Below are positions 62,369-64,000 of a DNA stretch of 64,000 nt, piece after piece. The DNA is from a virus. Each line of letters begins with the position of its first letter. Position 1 is the stretch's first letter. The notes beneath the pieces are model-generated. The model worked only from the letters and a program-made list of their open reading frames with translations, searched no databases and had not been told where the DNA came from. The DNA is taken from positions 1 to 64,000 of the IMG/VR virus record IMGVR_UViG_3300005688_000028; one strand, 5' to 3'. The translations under genes and the position numbers were made by a program.

Positions 62369-64000
62369 TCAGGGCCTCGGGATGATCCCGCAGGGCTCGG
62401 CGTCGGGCAGGTTGTCGAAGTCGTCTCGGAGGGCCGCCATGGTCTCGGCGACCGCCCTTTCGCGCACGAGCGAATCGTGCGTCGCCTGCAAGGTCGCGAT
62501 GAGGTCGGCCACGTCGGGGCGGGGCTTGTAGTCGGGCGGCATCTGCGTCAGCAGGTGGGCGACTTGGTTCATCGTGTAGACACTGCGGCCGTTCGCCACC
62601 AGCATGAGCGCGCAGAGCAGCCCGTCGTGGCGCCACCCTTCGCACCAGCGCGCGAGGTTCTTGTTCAGCTTCGCTGCCTGAAGCTCCGGCGTGAACTCGA
62701 TGGCTTCGCCATCGACGAAGGCGCCCGCGAGCTTGATGTCGTCCAGGGTGTCGCCGAAGCTCAGCACCACCTCGACCTGCGGCGTCATGGCCTTGGGCGT
62801 GAGTCGGAATCGCTCATAGCTCATCCAGAAGACGTACCGGCTGCCCGAGTGCATCATGGGGCCGTCTTCGATGAGGGAGACGAGCGCCTTGGTGAAGGCG
62901 GCCTTGTCGTTGCGGTCGACGTTGGCGAACGTGTGGTTCGTGTAGGGCACGGGCTTGTCCTTGCACGGGATGTCGTCGACCCTCGCGGCCTGATACGTCG
63001 CGCGGCTCAGCCCCTCCGGCTGCCCGGGCTTCTTCGTCCGCTCGAGCAGCGCCTGCGCCTCGTCGAGCCTTTTCGCCACGCCCAGGCATATGTCCACATG
63101 GTAGATAACGCCTTGCTCATCGCGCGCAAACTCGACATCGGAGAATGCCAGCTCCACCCCGAACTGCTGGGCGACCGCCCACAAGCCGGAGAAGACGTTG
63201 TCTCGCAGCGCGAGACGAAGCTCAGAGGTGAGCGGCATCCCGGTAAACTGGCGGGCCTCCCACGTCGCCCTCTCTTCCATCATCACGCGCCAGGGCCTCA
63301 GCTCGGGCTTGGGAGGCTCGACCTTGTCGGCCGGCCATATGTCGGGGAACCTCTCGCGCCCCAACTTCCCCGGCGTGCGGTTCCACACCTCGCGCGTGAC
63401 GCCAGCCGGCCTCCGGCTCTCGGCCTCGCGCTCGTTCATGGCATGGGCAACTTTGCCGGGGACGATGATGCGCAGCTCGCCGGGGCGGATCTCCGTCTGA
63501 ACATCGCGGTCCGACTGCCCATGCGCATCGAAGAAGCCGAGTATGGCGACGCCGACGGCGATGAGGTCGGGCAGCTTGGCCTCGGCGGTGCGACGAAGTT
63601 CCTGGCGCCACTGGAAGCTCATATTGTACTCATGCCCGCTCTCGTTCACGATGCGGACCTTGGGCGTTGTCGGCGCCTGCGCGACCGGCTCCATCGGCGA
63701 GAACTTCACGGGCGGGTCCGCCGGCAGATTCGACACCTGCCAATCCCCATCGACCCACTCCACAACGACGCACCCGGGCGCCAGCACCGGCCGCACGGGG
63801 TCGGCCTTGTAGCCGTCGAGCAGGACCACGACGTTGAAGGCGGGGCCTTTGTGCTCGGCCGCCCACTCGCCCGCATGGGCGCCATTGACGACCGCCGCGG
63901 AGCCCCTGTTGTGACGCTGGCGCGCATCGATTTCGCGCATCGTTGTGATGAAGGTCCAATGCGTGTCGCTCACGACGAGAACGTGGTCGCCCCTGGTCAC
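62369..64000 (-). CDS. hypothetical protein (start may lie outside the window)
   Basis: long ORF with coding-like GC3; no recognised motif. Confidence 0.6.
   Translation of the reverse strand: MTRGDHVLVVSDTHWTFITTMREIDARQRHNRGSAAVVNGAHAGEWAAEHKGPAFNVVVLLDGYKADPVRPVLAPGCVVVEWVDGDWQVSNLPADPPVKFSPMEPVAQAPTTPKVRIVNESGHEYNMSFQWRQELRRTAEAKLPDLIAVGVAILGFFDAHGQSDRDVQTEIRPGELRIIVPGKVAHAMNEREAESRRPAGVTREVWNRTPGKLGRERFPDIWPADKVEPPKPELRPWRVMMEERATWEARQFTGMPLTSELRLALRDNVFSGLWAVAQQFGVELAFSDVEFARDEQGVIYHVDICLGVAKRLDEAQALLERTKKPGQPEGLSRATYQAARVDDIPCKDKPVPYTNHTFANVDRNDKAAFTKALVSLIEDGPMMHSGSRYVFWMSYERFRLTPKAMTPQVEVVLSFGDTLDDIKLAGAFVDGEAIEFTPELQAAKLNKNLARWCEGWRHDGLLCALMLVANGRSVYTMNQVAHLLTQMPPDYKPRPDVADLIATLQATHDSLVRERAVAETMAALRDDFDNLPDAEPCGIIPRP

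Noticed and set aside
1-64000. Diversity-generating retroelement, intron/intein or stop-codon reassignment
   Set aside because: No reverse transcriptase or TR/VR pair seen; core genes are uninterrupted under the standard code.

Overview
A 64-kb, GC-rich (about 70% by eye) stretch of a large, probably temperate, contractile-tailed dsDNA phage; no host chromosomal genes are visible. The HU, SSB and GroES sequences look myxobacterial/deltaproteobacterial (inference). Layout: (1) 1-8.5 kb, + strand accessory operon (DUF6745, DUF6915-like, HU, ParB-like, two ASCH proteins, excisionase-like, tyrosine integrase) ending at a probable intact attP. (2) 8.6-27.5 kb, mostly - strand lysis, fibre and baseplate genes, with an embedded initiator-type tRNA-Met and two structural genes on the + strand, including the tape measure. 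(3) 27.5-34.2 kb regulatory/early island (RHH protein, Bro-N antirepressors, small genes with repeated hairpin-SD leaders, DUF262). (4) 34.2-59.7 kb, - strand tail and head module (chaperone, tube, sheath, neck, SSB, capsid, scaffold, protease, portal). (5) thyX and groES at the right end. No terminase is in the window. Best candidate for a new system: four large proteins between portal and prohead protease (45.7-58.1 kb) sharing five copies of a ~100-aa 'KRVP..G..YRYFY' module. Each copy follows an (L/M)-x-K-(A/G)-type motif, which also saturates the scaffold and marks the capsid and portal N-termini. The proteins carry Dps, beta-clamp-pocket, pyrophosphatase-like and adenine-MTase cargo domains, suggesting protease-released, head-packaged effectors. 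Second pattern: a GAAAGCTCAC late-promoter box, 11 copies, mostly 30-33 nt upstream of start codons and of nucleotide 1 of the tRNA, implying a leaderless late programme. All family calls come from visual motif recognition; no searches were run.
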